Shown here in pieces: positions 1 to 15,119 of a stretch of 64,000 nucleotides of DNA. The first letter of the stretch is position 1; the number at the start of each line of letters is the position of its first letter. Under the pieces are notes generated by a model. The model saw only the letters and a program-made list of their open reading frames with translations. It searched no databases and was not told where the DNA came from. The position numbers were made by a program, and so were the translations under genes. The stretch is from the human T2T-CHM13v2.0 reference genome, Homo sapiens: assembly GCF_009914755.1 (NCBI RefSeq), contig NC_060926.1; one strand, given 5' to 3'.

Positions 1-693
1 TTTCATGGGTTTCTATACAAAGAAAAATCAACAATAAAATCGTGATTAGTAATTTCCTCTAACGAAATGACACATCAAGTAACCACACCTTAGGGGTGTA
101 TATGATATACACAGAAGGTTCTGCCACTACTGCCAGCTATTACACCACGCCAGAACAGGACTATAATTGAAGAGCAGTGATAATAAATCAGTTAACAAGA
201 AAAGGAGTGGCAAGAGGAAACCATCTGCACAGAAAGTCCGTTGAAAAGGTAGACTAAGGAGACAAAACTGCTCCAAAGGAGTCAGAAGAGCAAAATAACC
301 AAAATGGCAAACAGCTTGAAAGAGAAATATCCTTGCTAAGCAAAGAGGTGGTAAAAAGGAAGGTGGGGACTGGTAGAAACAATGGAATTTCAAATAGAAA
401 GCAACCCTTGGAGGGACTAAAGAGAGAGAATGTGGATTTTAAAAGTGTGAATGAGACATTATCTGAAAACAAGAAAAAAAGAGGAAGACTGGGGGAAAAA
501 AAAAAAGGTAAGAAACAAGATGTATCCATACTACTTGGAAACCACATGTTTGCTGAACATGCTTTTTCAATTCTGACCTCAACCCAGTTAACAGTTTCAA
601 GCAAGAACACAATAAAGGTAAACTAATGAGGAGAATCATTTCTGACCTCTTGAAAGTACATCTCAATAAATAACATCAATCCTTCTGACTGAA

Positions 694-984
694 TTTTTTT
701 TTTTTTTTTCTGAGACAGGGTCTCACTTTGTGGCCAGGGCTGGAGTGCAGTGGCTTGATCACCGCTCACTACAGCCTTGACCGCCTTGGTTTAAGTGATC
801 CTCCGGCCACAGCCTCCCAAGTAGCTGGGACTACACGTATACACCACCACACCCAGCTACTTTTTGTAGAGACAGGGTTTTGCTGTGTTGCCCAGTCTGG
901 TCTCCAACTCCTGAGCTCAAGCAATCTGCCCACCTCGTCCTCCCAAAGTGCTGTGATTACAAGCATCAGCCATGTACCTGGACC
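694..984 (-). mobile_element. Alu (J-like)
   Basis: Poly-T followed by reverse Alu body. Confidence 0.9.
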
Positions 985-1241
985 TTAAAAGATTCAGTAG
1001 CTAACAAACACATATTTGTGAAAAAATCAATCTTAATTGATCACTGACAATATGAAAAAAAAAAGGGAAGCAGACAGAATATGTTAAAACATCAGATGAT
1101 AGTAAATAGGTTATAAATCTCACCATTTTTAAAAATCTGGATTATTTCTTACCTCCCTAGAAATGGAGACTGGGATGGGAACTGATTATAGATGTTTTGA
1201 ACAAATATTTGCCACCTACCATCTTAGGCAATTCAGGTATA

Positions 1242-1588
1242 CAGACTGAGCATTCCCAATCCAAAAATCTGAAATCTGACATGCTCCAAAACCCAAAACC
1301 TTAAAGTGCAGACATGATGTCACAAGTGGAAAATTCCACACCTGACTCCATGTGACTTGTCAAAAACACAGTCAAAACCTTGTTTCATGCAAAAAAAAAT
1401 TATTTAAAGTATTCCATAAAATTAACTTCAGGCTATGCATATAAGGTATATGTGAAATATAAATCAATTTCATGTTTAGACTTGGTCCCACCCCCAAAAT
1501 ATCTCATTATGTATATGCAAATATCCCAAAATCCAAAATCCAAGACGCTTCTGGTCTCAAGCATTTTGGATAAGGAATTATTAACCTG
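1242..1588. mobile_element. Tigger4-like (TcMar) DNA transposon remnant
   Basis: TA-flanked degenerate terminal inverted repeats CAGACTGAGCATTCC ... GGAATTATTAACCTG. Confidence 0.7.
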
Positions 1589-1980
1589 TACCACATCCCA
1601 TTAGTGAGAATATGGTTTAGAAGGGCAGGTAAGAAATATAAATAAGCTCATTATAAAATAAAGCGATTAGGCGATTAGAGCCAAGTACAAAGGGTAAGAG
1701 TAATACAATACCCTTGTATTTCCTTTACTTTCAGGGACTTATGGCAGAACTTACGAAGAATATCACATAGAGAATAGGTACTATCTAAAAGTACACACTT
1801 AGGAAAGATTCTTAAAAGCCAGCTTTATTTTCACTGTAACAGTAATCTTATTCTGGGAAGCGGTGGCTGTCATTAAACCAATTAGGCCTTTGTTAACACA
1901 CTGAGCCCTAAAAACAAAAAAAACAGCTCTCACGAACCAGTTGGTCCAGCCTTTATACAAGCTAAAAATTATGGGGTGGG

Positions 1981-2280
1981 GGCCGGGCGCGGTGGCTCAC
2001 GCCTGTAATCCCAGCATTTTGGGAGGCCGCGGCAGGTGGATCACGAGGTCAGGAGTTTAAGACCAGCCTGGCCAAGATGGTGAAACCTGGTCTCTCTAAA
2101 AATACAAAAAAATTACTCGGGCGCGATGGCGGACGCCTGTAATCCCAGCTACTCGGGAGGCTGAGGCAGAAAATTGCTTGAACAGGGAGACGGAGGTTGC
2201 TGTCAGCCGAGATCGCGCCACTGCACTCCAGCCTGGGAGTGCAGACTCCGTCTCAAAAAATAAAAATAAAAAAAAAAATA
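1981..2280 (+). mobile_element. Alu (S-like, CpG-rich)
   Basis: GGCCGGGCGCGGTGGCTCAC start and A-tail. Confidence 0.93.
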
Positions 2281-2739
2281 GGGTGGGGCAGCTGCTACGG
2301 CTGTGAGGTAACTGATAACTGCATTTAATATCTCCCTCCTTTTTTTCAATGGTTGTGTTTTTAGAACTGATTAAAAGATGAAATGTAGAATGAAGTCTAC
2401 ACCCATTTAATACTCCCCATTCAGGTCTCAGATCAAATGTTACCACCCTATCTAAAGTTGTTCTTGGCACAACACCTTTTCTTTCCTTGATGGCATTTAA
2501 CATTATCCGAAATCATTTTATTAACGTGCTGGTTAATTGTCTGCCTCCATCAGACAGAACGTGGACCTGACGTGTCGTGTGCACAGCTCTAGTCCTAAGC
2601 TCTTAGAACAGTGCCTGACACATAACAGGCGTTCAGGAAACATTAATAAAACGAAGACAGGTGGAATGCCGTTCTCCACCCCGCTGCACAAATCTCTCCT
2701 CCTACCCCCTTATAAACTGAGTTCCCACAGCGCTGCTAT

Positions 2740-3600
2740 TGCAATTAACTGGCTACGCTCGGGATGCAACCCCGGGTTTCCTTCCTGTTCTATCCCCTGG
2801 CTTGGATGTCGGTGCCAGGCACGCTGTAGGCACTCGATGGCAGATCGCTGAATGAATGACACGGCAAGCCGGGCACAAGCAGTGGCACCGCTGCGATGCC
2901 GGTTCCGAGGCTACCACAGCCCAGCCGGACCGCCACCATCATCGGCCTTCCCGCGTAAACCCCGGCCTCCCGGAGCCAAAACCTTCAGGAAGGCATGAAT
3001 GTCGCCACATTGCCCTTTTGGAGGGAGGCCCTGCCTCCGAGAAGAGGCGTAGGGCCCAACGTATAGGGCCGCCACTCACTGTAGGTGCGGCCCAGGGCTT
3101 GGAAGAGCAGATCACGCTTCACGCTGACAGTCGGCATGGTGTGTCGAACTCACTGCGCCTGCGCAGCGAGCTGACCCGGGCTTCCCTAGCGAAGCGCGTA
3201 GGACCCGCCTCTTCTTGTGCGTGTTGTCTTGAATATCGCCATTCTGCTGCCAACAGTTCCTGTTCTCTTTTTAACCTAAAAACACTCATCATGCCATTAC
3301 CTCGCTGATTAAATGTATCTTTGTGAGACTAATAGCTTAAAAGCCTGTAAGAAAGATATAATTTGATAGAACTGGCTAGGATTTGTCAGGCATTGTAATG
3401 TACTGACCCTGAAGTCCCGGATGCTTCCAGGGCGCTAACGGCCGGGGACGCCCACCAGGTGGGCGGGGCGAGAGTGGGGCGCGTCAGGGAGGGGGTGGGG
3501 CCTCCACGTGGGAGATCTTGCCTGGAGGTGGTGGAAATGCGAGTGGAGAGGGTTCAAGGCTTCCTGCAGAGAAAGGTGTGCAAATCCTGGCGGCGGGAGA
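2740..3600. promoter_or_regulatory. CpG-rich promoter of FARSB
   Basis: High CpG density around exon 1. NRF1-type TGCGCCTGCGCA at 3154-3165, GC box GGGCGGGG at 3461, E-box CACGTG at 3505-3510. Confidence 0.85.
3080..3137 (-). CDS. FARSB: Phenylalanyl-tRNA synthetase beta subunit, coding exon 1 (the rest of the gene lies left of the window)
   Basis: Reverse strand reads acaccATG and translates MPTVSVKRDLLFQALGRTY plus 1 nt, followed by donor GTGAGT at 3079. This matches the recalled FARSB N-terminus. Confidence 0.96.
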
Positions 3601-3819
3601 GGGGCTGTTAACAGACCTCAGTTTTTACTTCATTCTTTAATCTCTCCTCTACTCGTATAAGTGATATACCTGTGCTTTGTTTGAACTTTACGGCAGCCCT
3701 ATAAGGGAGGCATTGTAAGAGACCTCTTTTTTTGTCTATTTGCTCAGTGCTCTCTGCTGTCAGTGGGCTGTGCTCAGCCCTCTGCCAGCATTAAATTTCC
3801 TCCTTAAAACAACCCTGAG

Positions 3820-4441
3820 TGTAATAGGCTGAATAACGGCCCCCAATAATATCAGACCCTAATCCCTGCAACCTCTAAATGTAACTTTATATGGAAACAG
3901 CGTCTTTGCAGGTTAAGTTAAGGATTTTGAGATGAAGATTATCCTGGATTCGAAAGACGAACACTAAATGGAATCACAGTATCCTCATCAAATCATAAAA
4001 GGGAGGTTGAGAGAGACGATTTAGCCACGGTGGCAGAGATTGGAGTATGGCAGCCACAACCCAAGGATGCCAGCAGCCACCAGAAACAAAGAGACAAGCA
4101 CACACTGGGGGTGAGGGGGTGGAGGAGCGGGGAGCATCAAGAATAGCTAATAGATGCTGGGCTTAATACTTAGGTGATGGGATGATCTGGGCAGCAAACC
4201 ACCATGGCATACATTTACCTATGTAACAAACCTTCACATCCTGCACATGTATCCCTGAAATAAACAGAGACAAGGACAGATTCACGCCCAGCCCATGGGC
4301 CAGCCCTATAATGCATGCTGATTTGGGCCCAGTGAAACTGATTTTGGGTTTCTGGCCTCCAGAACTGTGAGAGCATAAATTTATGGTTTAAGTCAGCAAG
4401 TTCGTGGTAATTTGTTTCAGCAGCCAAGGGAAACTAATACA
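3820..4441 (+). mobile_element. MLT1 (MaLR) LTR interrupted by an L1P 3'-end fragment (~4105-4265)
   Basis: TGTAATAGGCTGAATAACGGCCCC...GGAAACTAATACA, with an internal L1 3' end GCAAACCACCATGGCA...TGTAACAAACC. Confidence 0.75.
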
Positions 4442-4792
4442 TCAAGATAGGTACCATTATCCCTGTTTTACAGGTAATGAAACTAAGGCACAAACTGGCA
4501 GTTCCAGGGGGAGCCTTGCCCTAATCCTTTCTACTGTACAGTGAGTGAGGGCTTCTTCCAAAGTCCTTCACATGAGGGGAGAAAAGCTGAGCCAGATGTA
4601 AGCCACCCTAACTATTAATCAAGCAGTTTTTCACTATACAGTATTAGCTCCCCTCCATGGGAAGGCAGTCCCTTCCCAGTGACCAACATAACAGATTGGC
4701 AACACCCCATAAATGGCAAACATCCCCAATGCAAAATACAGCTTTCCACCTAAAATTGGTGCTTTCTGCTCAATTAATAAGCAAAGGACTAG

Positions 4793-5105
4793 TGCCAGGC
4801 ATGATGGCTCACACTTGTAATACCAACACTTTGGGAGGCTGAAGTGGGCAGATCACTTGAGGTCAAGAGTTGGAAACCAGCCTGGCCAACATGATAAAAC
4901 CCCATCTCTACTAAAATTACAAAAATTAGCTGGGTGTGGTGGTGGGCACTTGTAATCCCAGCTACTGGGGAGGCTGAGGACTGAGAATCACTTTAACCCA
5001 GGAGGCAGAGGTTGCAGTGAGCCAAGATCACGCCACTGCACTCCAGCCTGGGTGACAGAGCAAGACTCTGTCTTAAAAGCAATAACAACAACAACAACAA
5101 AATAG
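4793..5105 (+). mobile_element. Alu
   Basis: Alu body with (CAA)n tail. Confidence 0.9.
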
Positions 5106-5239
5106 TAATAATAAATAACCAAAGGACTTCCTGCTGACCTGCTCTGCTTTGGGCACTCCAAAGTGTTCTGTGGCCTCTGAACCTCAGTTTCCTCATCCAT
5201 AAAATAGGGATAATAATATACACCTTAAAGAATTATTGT

Positions 5240-5503
5240 GTCCCATATCTGTAATTCCAGCACTTTGGGAGGCCGAGGTGGGAGGATTACTTGAGCCCAG
5301 GATTTCAAAACCAGCGTGGGCAACAGAGTTGGACCCCATCTCTAAACAAAAAGAAAAATTAGCCAGGCATGGCGGCAACACACCTATGATCCCATCTACG
5401 CGGATCACTTGAGCCCGGGAGGTTGAGGCTGTGGTGAGCTGTGATCGCGCCACAGCACTCCAGCCTGGGTGACAAAGTGAGACCTTGTCTTAAAAACTAA
5501 AAA
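5240..5503 (+). mobile_element. Alu (J-like, truncated)
   Basis: Alu body; TSD AAGAATTATTGT. Confidence 0.85.
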
Positions 5504-6625
5504 AGAATTATTGTAAGAATTTGAAATAATACTCATAAATAACTAGTATAGTTCTTATCATGTCAGAGGTCCTGGAAATGGGGCAACTGTCATTTTTTTT
5601 AATCCTCCTAGTTAGTTTTCTGCTAGTCTCAGACCACCAAGGGGCATTTTGTTCCCATCTCTCACATCCCCCAACTGACCTATCCTACTTTTTATCATTG
5701 CACATGTTACAGGTACTCTGTCCCTTCTCTGTGAGAAGCTAAACTGTTAGAAGATTCTAATGGAAAAGAGGAAACTAGGCCACTAGGGCTCATCACAAAT
5801 GGCATTAGCTAACTGAAAGGAAAGGTACATGGAAAATGATGAGATCGTATATCACAAAATGTAGGTACATGCTTCTTTCATCTAACTTTGGGGCCAGACT
5901 GAAAGCAGGAATGAGGTGGCAGCATTTCCTAGGAAGGAAAGACGAGCTGGACAAAAGGCATGGAAAAACTCTCAGCTCAGCAGAAATTAAGGAGATGCAA
6001 ATAAAAATTATAAGGACATACATGTTTATACCTAGGAGACTGCTAGAAGTCTTAAAGTCTGAAAAAAATCAGATCTTGGCAAGAATTTGGGAGTATAAAT
6101 TGATATAACCTCTTTGGAAAATATGGCCTTACCTAGAAAAATGGGGCATGTCCATATCCTACTACCCAGCAATTGCACTGCTAGGAATATTCCCCCAGAG
6201 AAACTCTTACCCATGTGCACCAGAAGACTCAAATAAGAATTTTCATGGTTACATTGTTCATTATAACAGAAATCTAGGAACAACCCAATGTTTGTCAGTA
6301 CTAGAATGGGTAGACAGTTATGATAAATGTATACAGTGAAACACCATACAGTTATGTAAACAAATGAACTACACCTGCATGTATCAACTTGGATAAATCT
6401 TACGTTGTAATTTTGAGGGAAAAATGTAAATCACAGAAGAATATGTATCCTTGATGCCATTAATATAAACACTAAAAACCAGGCTAACCTAAAGAGTATA
6501 TTGTTAGGCATACATAAATAGAATGGTAAGCCTGTAGTAAAAAGCAGAGGATGACAAACACAAAATATGAGACCAGTGAGTTCTGAGTGAGTTGGCAGGG
6601 CTGCAGCCTGGAGTGTTGGAATACC

Positions 6626-7427
<802 letters not shown>

Positions 7428-7641
7428 TCAAAAGTATTGGTAGTGTTCTATTTTATCTGGTATACCTTTGTGGATGTATTTTAAGAAAGAAAAGATGAAG
7501 GTGGGAAACAACAGTTGAGTGTGGCACTCTATTTCAGGGGTGGGGAGACGAATGCTGGGTGGCAGATGGCTGAGCAGAAACACAATAGGAATACTTGACA
7601 GTTGATTTCGCTTTAAGGTGTTCTTTTTCTTCATAAAGGGC

Positions 7642-7929
7642 TTTTTTTTTTTTCCTTTTGAGATGGAGTTTCACTCGTAGCCCAGGCTGGAGTGCAATGG
7701 CCCATCTTGGCTCACTGCAACCTCTACCTCCTGGGTTCAAGTGATTCTCCTGCCTCAGCCTCCTGAGTAGCTGGGATTACAGGCACCTGCCACCACGCCC
7801 AGCTAATTTTTGTATTTTTAGTGGAGATGGGGTTGGCCAGGCTGGTCTCGAACTCCTGACCTCAGGTGAATCACCTGTCTTGGCCTCCCAAAGTGCTAGG
7901 ATTACAGGTGTGAGCCACCGCACCCGGCC
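7642..7929 (-). mobile_element. Alu
   Basis: Reverse Alu; TSD ATAAAGGGCTTTTT. Confidence 0.9.
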
Positions 7930-9278
7930 TGGATAAAGGGCTTTTTAAAAACTTTAGTCTAATTTATTATTCTTTTCCTTTATAGATTATGGGGTTTAGG
8001 TTATGTTTTAAAAGGTCTTTCTTAATCCCAAGATTTTTTTTTTTAAGTATGTTTCTCAGAGTACTTGAATGGGTTTTTATTTTTCTTTTGCATTTAAATC
8101 TCAGATCTTTCTGAAATTTGTTTTGGTTTTGGAGTGAGTGAATGAACCAGCTTTATGTTTGTTTTTAAACAATTCAGTTAATACATTATTTATTAAATAA
8201 GCTTCTTTTTACTCATGGATTTGAAATACATTCTTTATTAAATTTCCATATATATATCTATATATTTAGGTTTATTCCTGAACTGTGTGTTCCATTGCCT
8301 GTACGAAGCTTTTTCAATTACTATAGTACTATAATACATTTTAATAGTTGGAAAAGTTAGTAAGTTAGTGTACCTTCAATGCCTTCTTTTTCAAAACTTC
8401 CATGACTTTTATCTCATGTTGATTTTTCTAGATGAACTTTAAGATTTTTTCAAGTTCTGGAAAACATTCTTTTATCATTTATTTGGAATCAAACATAATT
8501 TATGGATTAATTTAGGAATCTTTCCATCCAAGAACCACAGGCTCCATGTAAGTTCTTAAGTGTGCCAGGCAGTGGCTCACCTTAGGCCTTCTGCTTGAAT
8601 GTTCTTGCCCATAGATTCCCATAGAGCTAGATCCCTTGGCTCTTTGAAGTCTTCCCAGAAAAGCCTATCCCTGACTATACTATTAGTTATGGTTATTAGA
8701 TATATACGTCTCTCTCTGCTAAAACATGAATCTGTAAAGGCAGAGATTTTTGTGTTTTGTTCACTAACACATGCCAAGAACCTCAAACAGTGCCTGGCAG
8801 AGGGCAGACCATCAATAAATATTTGAAGTTTTAATGTTAGGAATACTTGCTATATTACCTTTTCTTTTTACAAATACATACTTCAGTACTAAAAAAATGA
8901 GCAAAGGAAGTGAGCACCAATTAAATACAAACAAAAAAAAACAAGAAGAGAAGAGAATGTAAATTAAAACAACAATACAAGTTATGGATATTTTCTCCAG
9001 GGAGACCGGCAGGCATTAAAGAAACAAATCATACCGACCCTGTATTGGCAAAAATTTAGGAAGCTGGCACTTTAACTCCTGTTGGGAATATAAGTAGCAG
9101 TTTGACAATATAAATCAACATATTAAAGATTTTTTCTCTTTGATCCTAAAATTCCACTCCTATAATTATTCTAAGGAAATAATGAAACAAGTCTTTGCAA
9201 TGTAGAAAATGTTGAAACAACCTAAACATTCAACAATATGAGCTCGATTAAATAGAGTAGGATACCTTTATGCAGTAA

Positions 9279-10283
<1,005 letters not shown>

Positions 10284-11320
10284 ATGCACGTATGTATGAG
10301 TGTGAACAAAATAAAATGGCTACCATGATATACAACAAAATGTTAGCAGTCGCTATTCTTGGATTGGTGAGATTTTTTAAAATTGTATCTTATATTTTAC
10401 AGAATTGTAACTAGCAAGTATTATTTTATTATGAGAAAATAAAACCAAGGCTATCATAAAACACAATCATGCTCACTCCTTTTCCCTGACTAATCAGACA
10501 TTGGTAGATTGTCCAGCTCTCTCATTATCACCTGGAATCAGAGCCTGCACCCGTGGATTGTTTTTGCCTATAAAATATGTAATAAGCTCAGAGAAAATTT
10601 CTGAAATGATTGTGTCACTTTCCTGTAATGCTTGTGGGTTGGCCAGTAACTGTGAAAGCTATGCTGTCAGGTCTGAAGTTCTTCTCACACAGGTCCTAAA
10701 TTGCAGTACGGGGTCAGATGACATTTTACACTAGAGCTACTGATAGCTTAAAGGGGCATGCTGATACTGTGTAGTGCTTTCCTCTCCAAAAGCAAACAGG
10801 CTCCGCTTGCAGCCTCAGTTTCTTCATTCACAAAATGGAGATAGTATTCCATCTGATGGTTGTGAGGATAAAGTATGTGGAGACAATTTGAAACCTGCAA
10901 AGTGCTATTTGATTAGTAGATATTTATACTGAAAGTAATTACCCAGTATATTACCTTCAGTATAAATTACCCAAGTGATCTGAGACTATGACCTCTTTCT
11001 GGTGTGAAGTTTAGTAAAACTTGAGCTGCTATCTCCCAGAGGGTGAGGCAGGGCTTTCAATACAGGTAATGGATGATACAGTTTACTGTAACTGGCCTTG
11101 CTTTTACTTGCTGCATATCCAAAACTGGTTCTGTTCTATCCATAATCTTATATGCCTTTCCTATAAATTTCCTGGGTGCACTCCAATCTCTCTGTAGATT
11201 ACTCTGAAACTTTTAGGACATAACCAAAGTCCGTACATCTTTTTGGGTTTCTATTGCTAGATCCATCTAGAATCAAGAAGGTCTGAAAGACCTCACAAGA
11301 ATCAGTTTGATCAGCACTAA

Positions 11321-11666
<346 letters not shown>

Positions 11667-12170
11667 AAATTGGATTTTTCAAATAAACTCATTACACATT
11701 TTATAGTATTGACAATTCCCTCGTTCCTGATATTCTCCTTCCTTAGTTTTCCTGACTCCAGGCTCCTGATTAGCTCCTTGGATTTTTCTACTGTCACTAT
11801 GCGATAGGCAAAAGCAATACAACATAGTATTGAGTTCTATCAGTCACAGATTTAAATCCTGGATCTACTGTTCACTGAGACCTTGGACCAATGACACAAT
11901 ACTGATGAGCCTCAGTTCCTCATCTGTAATGTGAAGATAACAACAATACCTACCTTGTAGGTATACCATGTGATGGTTGTGAGAATTTTAAGAGAAATAG
12001 TTCATGTAGGGTTTGGCCTATCATGAACACTGAATAAATATTAACTCTGTTGCGGCCTCCTCTACCTCCTACACTGCACTTTCCCTTCCTTCTATGTGGG
12101 GTGCTATCCAGAGTTACGTGCTTAGAAATCTTCTCCTGGAGTGAGGTCTGCAGCCTCCACTACCACCTAA

Positions 12171-12534
<364 letters not shown>

Positions 12535-13511
12535 TCTTCTGTACATATTTCTTACCAGCTTCTGAACATCTGCACCTGGCTGTCCAACATGCTGGCATCT
12601 CATACTCAACACGTCAAAAACTGAAGTTTCCCCAAGATTCATTTTTTCCCATGTCTGCCTTTCCTTTTCAATGTCACCACCATCCACTGAGTTATCCAAA
12701 TTGGAAATACTGAAGTCAACTTAACTCCTCCTCACTCATTTCTCCCTTCTGATTGGTTTTGATTGCAGAAGCTTGGCATCATCTGCCCAGAATTTTCTTT
12801 CTCTGCTACAAGGGCAAATTTGACAGCCACCATGTTACAGCAATGGGACCCTGTATCTCATTTGAATGAATTGATACAGAAGTTGACGCCTGATGCCAGC
12901 TGGATTTTGGACTTGGGACCATAGGGAACTTAAGTCCATTTGATTTAAAGGCGGAAGCTGTAATGTACAAGTGTAGGGCCATTAGTGGCCATGTTTCCCA
13001 CCCCATGGAGAAAATTAATCTCCAGCAAGGTAAAATGACTCTCACAGCAAGAGAGAAGACAGAGAGAGAGAGGGCCTAGACACATCAAACTGACTGGTTG
13101 TTCTTGAGACCCATGTGTCTCTTCCTCCTGAAACTTGACTGTTCAACAACAAATTAAGTTCAGAATTATTAAAGCTTAGCTTGCGAGTATTGGAAAGTTA
13201 TAGCTGAGACTCAAGAAGTGAGATGTAGATGACCTATAATGCAGAGTCCAAAACCATATTAAAGAATTTGGACTTTATCTTGACAGCAATTGTGAAGAAA
13301 TTCAAAGATTTTAAACGATGTTTGAAAAGTAATGGAAAAGATCACACTGGGCACGTTGTGGAAAGGGGATAAGGAGTAGTGGTTTGGAGGGTAAAACTCA
13401 CAGCAAGAAGATCAGTTAGGAGGTTGCAATAATGCAGAGGAGAAATGATAGCAGTCAGGACTGGGAAGATGGCATGTGTTGAAGCAAAACAAAACATCCA
13501 CTGGATTGGAC

Positions 13512-13887
13512 TGTCTTTGTCCATTCAGGCTACTATAGCAACATATCATATACTGGGTGGCTTATAAACAACCACAATTTATTTCTCACAGTTCTAGAGG
13601 CTGGGAAGTTCAAGATCAGGGTGCTGGCATGGTCAGGTTCTGGTGAGGGCCCTCTTTTGAGTTGCAACAGCTGACTTGTTGCTGGGTCCTCCTATGGCAG
13701 AAGGAGCAAAAGAGCTCCCTTCAACATCTTTTATAAGGGCACTAAGTCCATTCATGAGGGAGGAGCTGTCATGATATAATCACTCCCCAAAGGCCACACC
13801 TCTTAATACCATTACCTTGGTGGTTAGGATTTCACCTAATGTAAATTTTGGGGGACTTGGGGAAAAAACAAACATTCAGACCATAGC
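13512..13887 (-). mobile_element. MLT1A/MST-type MaLR LTR
   Basis: GGCTTATAAACAAC...TTTATTTCTCACAGTTCTAGAGGCTGGGAAGTTCAAGATCA...ACATTCAGACCATAGC. Confidence 0.75.
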
Positions 13888-14214
13888 CTGGATCTTCTTG
13901 GAAACTGGAGCTAAGTAATGGAAACTGCTTTGTCGTGTCCCCAAGGGCACTGTTGTTGGAGTTGCTGACTGCCTCTTTTATAAGATTGCCTTGGGTTCAG
14001 GACAGTTGCAGTAAACCTTCCGAATCCCTTTCTTCTTGTTCCTACCTTGAGTGTGTTGCTGGACCTCCAATTACTGTCCCAGGGAAAATGCAAATGAAGG
14101 TGTGGGTGAGGGTCATGGGAAGAGAAAGGATATTTAATAAATACTAGTCATTATCCTCATAATTTCTAACAGTAATCAGTCGTAGTGTTACAACAATTTA
14201 AAAGAGCAATTAGG

Positions 14215-14520
<306 letters not shown>

Positions 14521-14985
14521 AAGGAGCAATTAGAGAAGCACATATTTTGTAGAGAAAATGTCACATATTAACATAAATTAACTAACGGAGAGACAACACT
14601 TGAACTTCTATGAATGGAGTTTTCGAAGGAAAATGTGAAAGGAAGGAAGGCAGGAATGGTACATGGGGTCTGAGACCTTGTGTGTACTTGTAGCAATAAG
14701 AAAATATGGAGGAAAGGAAACCTTGGATGGTAACCGTGGGGCTACAAAGCCTCACCTTCTCAGGCAAGGTTCCTGCAACTTTCCCCAGAGCAAACATACC
14801 CGAGCCTTGTCAGATTGATCAAATAGTTAATTGAGAAGACAATAAGAATGTAGAGGGACCACAGCAAATTTCTTAAACTTTGTTCAAAAGAGCCTTGAAA
14901 ATAGAACTTCTTAAAGCACATTCCATTGAAACTACCATAGTGATGGCCTTCTATTTTACTTTAACCAGAGCTGGCCGCTCTCAGT

Positions 14986-14988
14986 GTT

Positions 14989-15033
<45 letters not shown>

Positions 15034-15062
15034 TGTGCGCGCACGCGTGAGAGAGAGAGAGA
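14986..15062. repeat. (TG)n-(GC)-(GA)n compound microsatellite
   Basis: Directly visible. Confidence 0.95.
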
Positions 15063-15106
15063 ATACTTACTTTTATGATTAATGCATCTTATGAAAATCA
15101 GAACCA

Positions 15107-15119
15107 TGACCTTTGCCCT
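15107..15119 (-). promoter_or_regulatory. Consensus DR1 nuclear-receptor element (PPAR/RXR or HNF4 type)
   Basis: TGACCTTTGCCCT = AGGGCA-A-AGGTCA on the minus strand. Motif match only. Confidence 0.55.

Noticed and set aside
2537-3308. Plus-strand 104-aa and 150-aa ORFs over the FARSB promoter
   Set aside because: Antisense to FARSB exon 1 in GC-rich DNA, with no recognisable homology.
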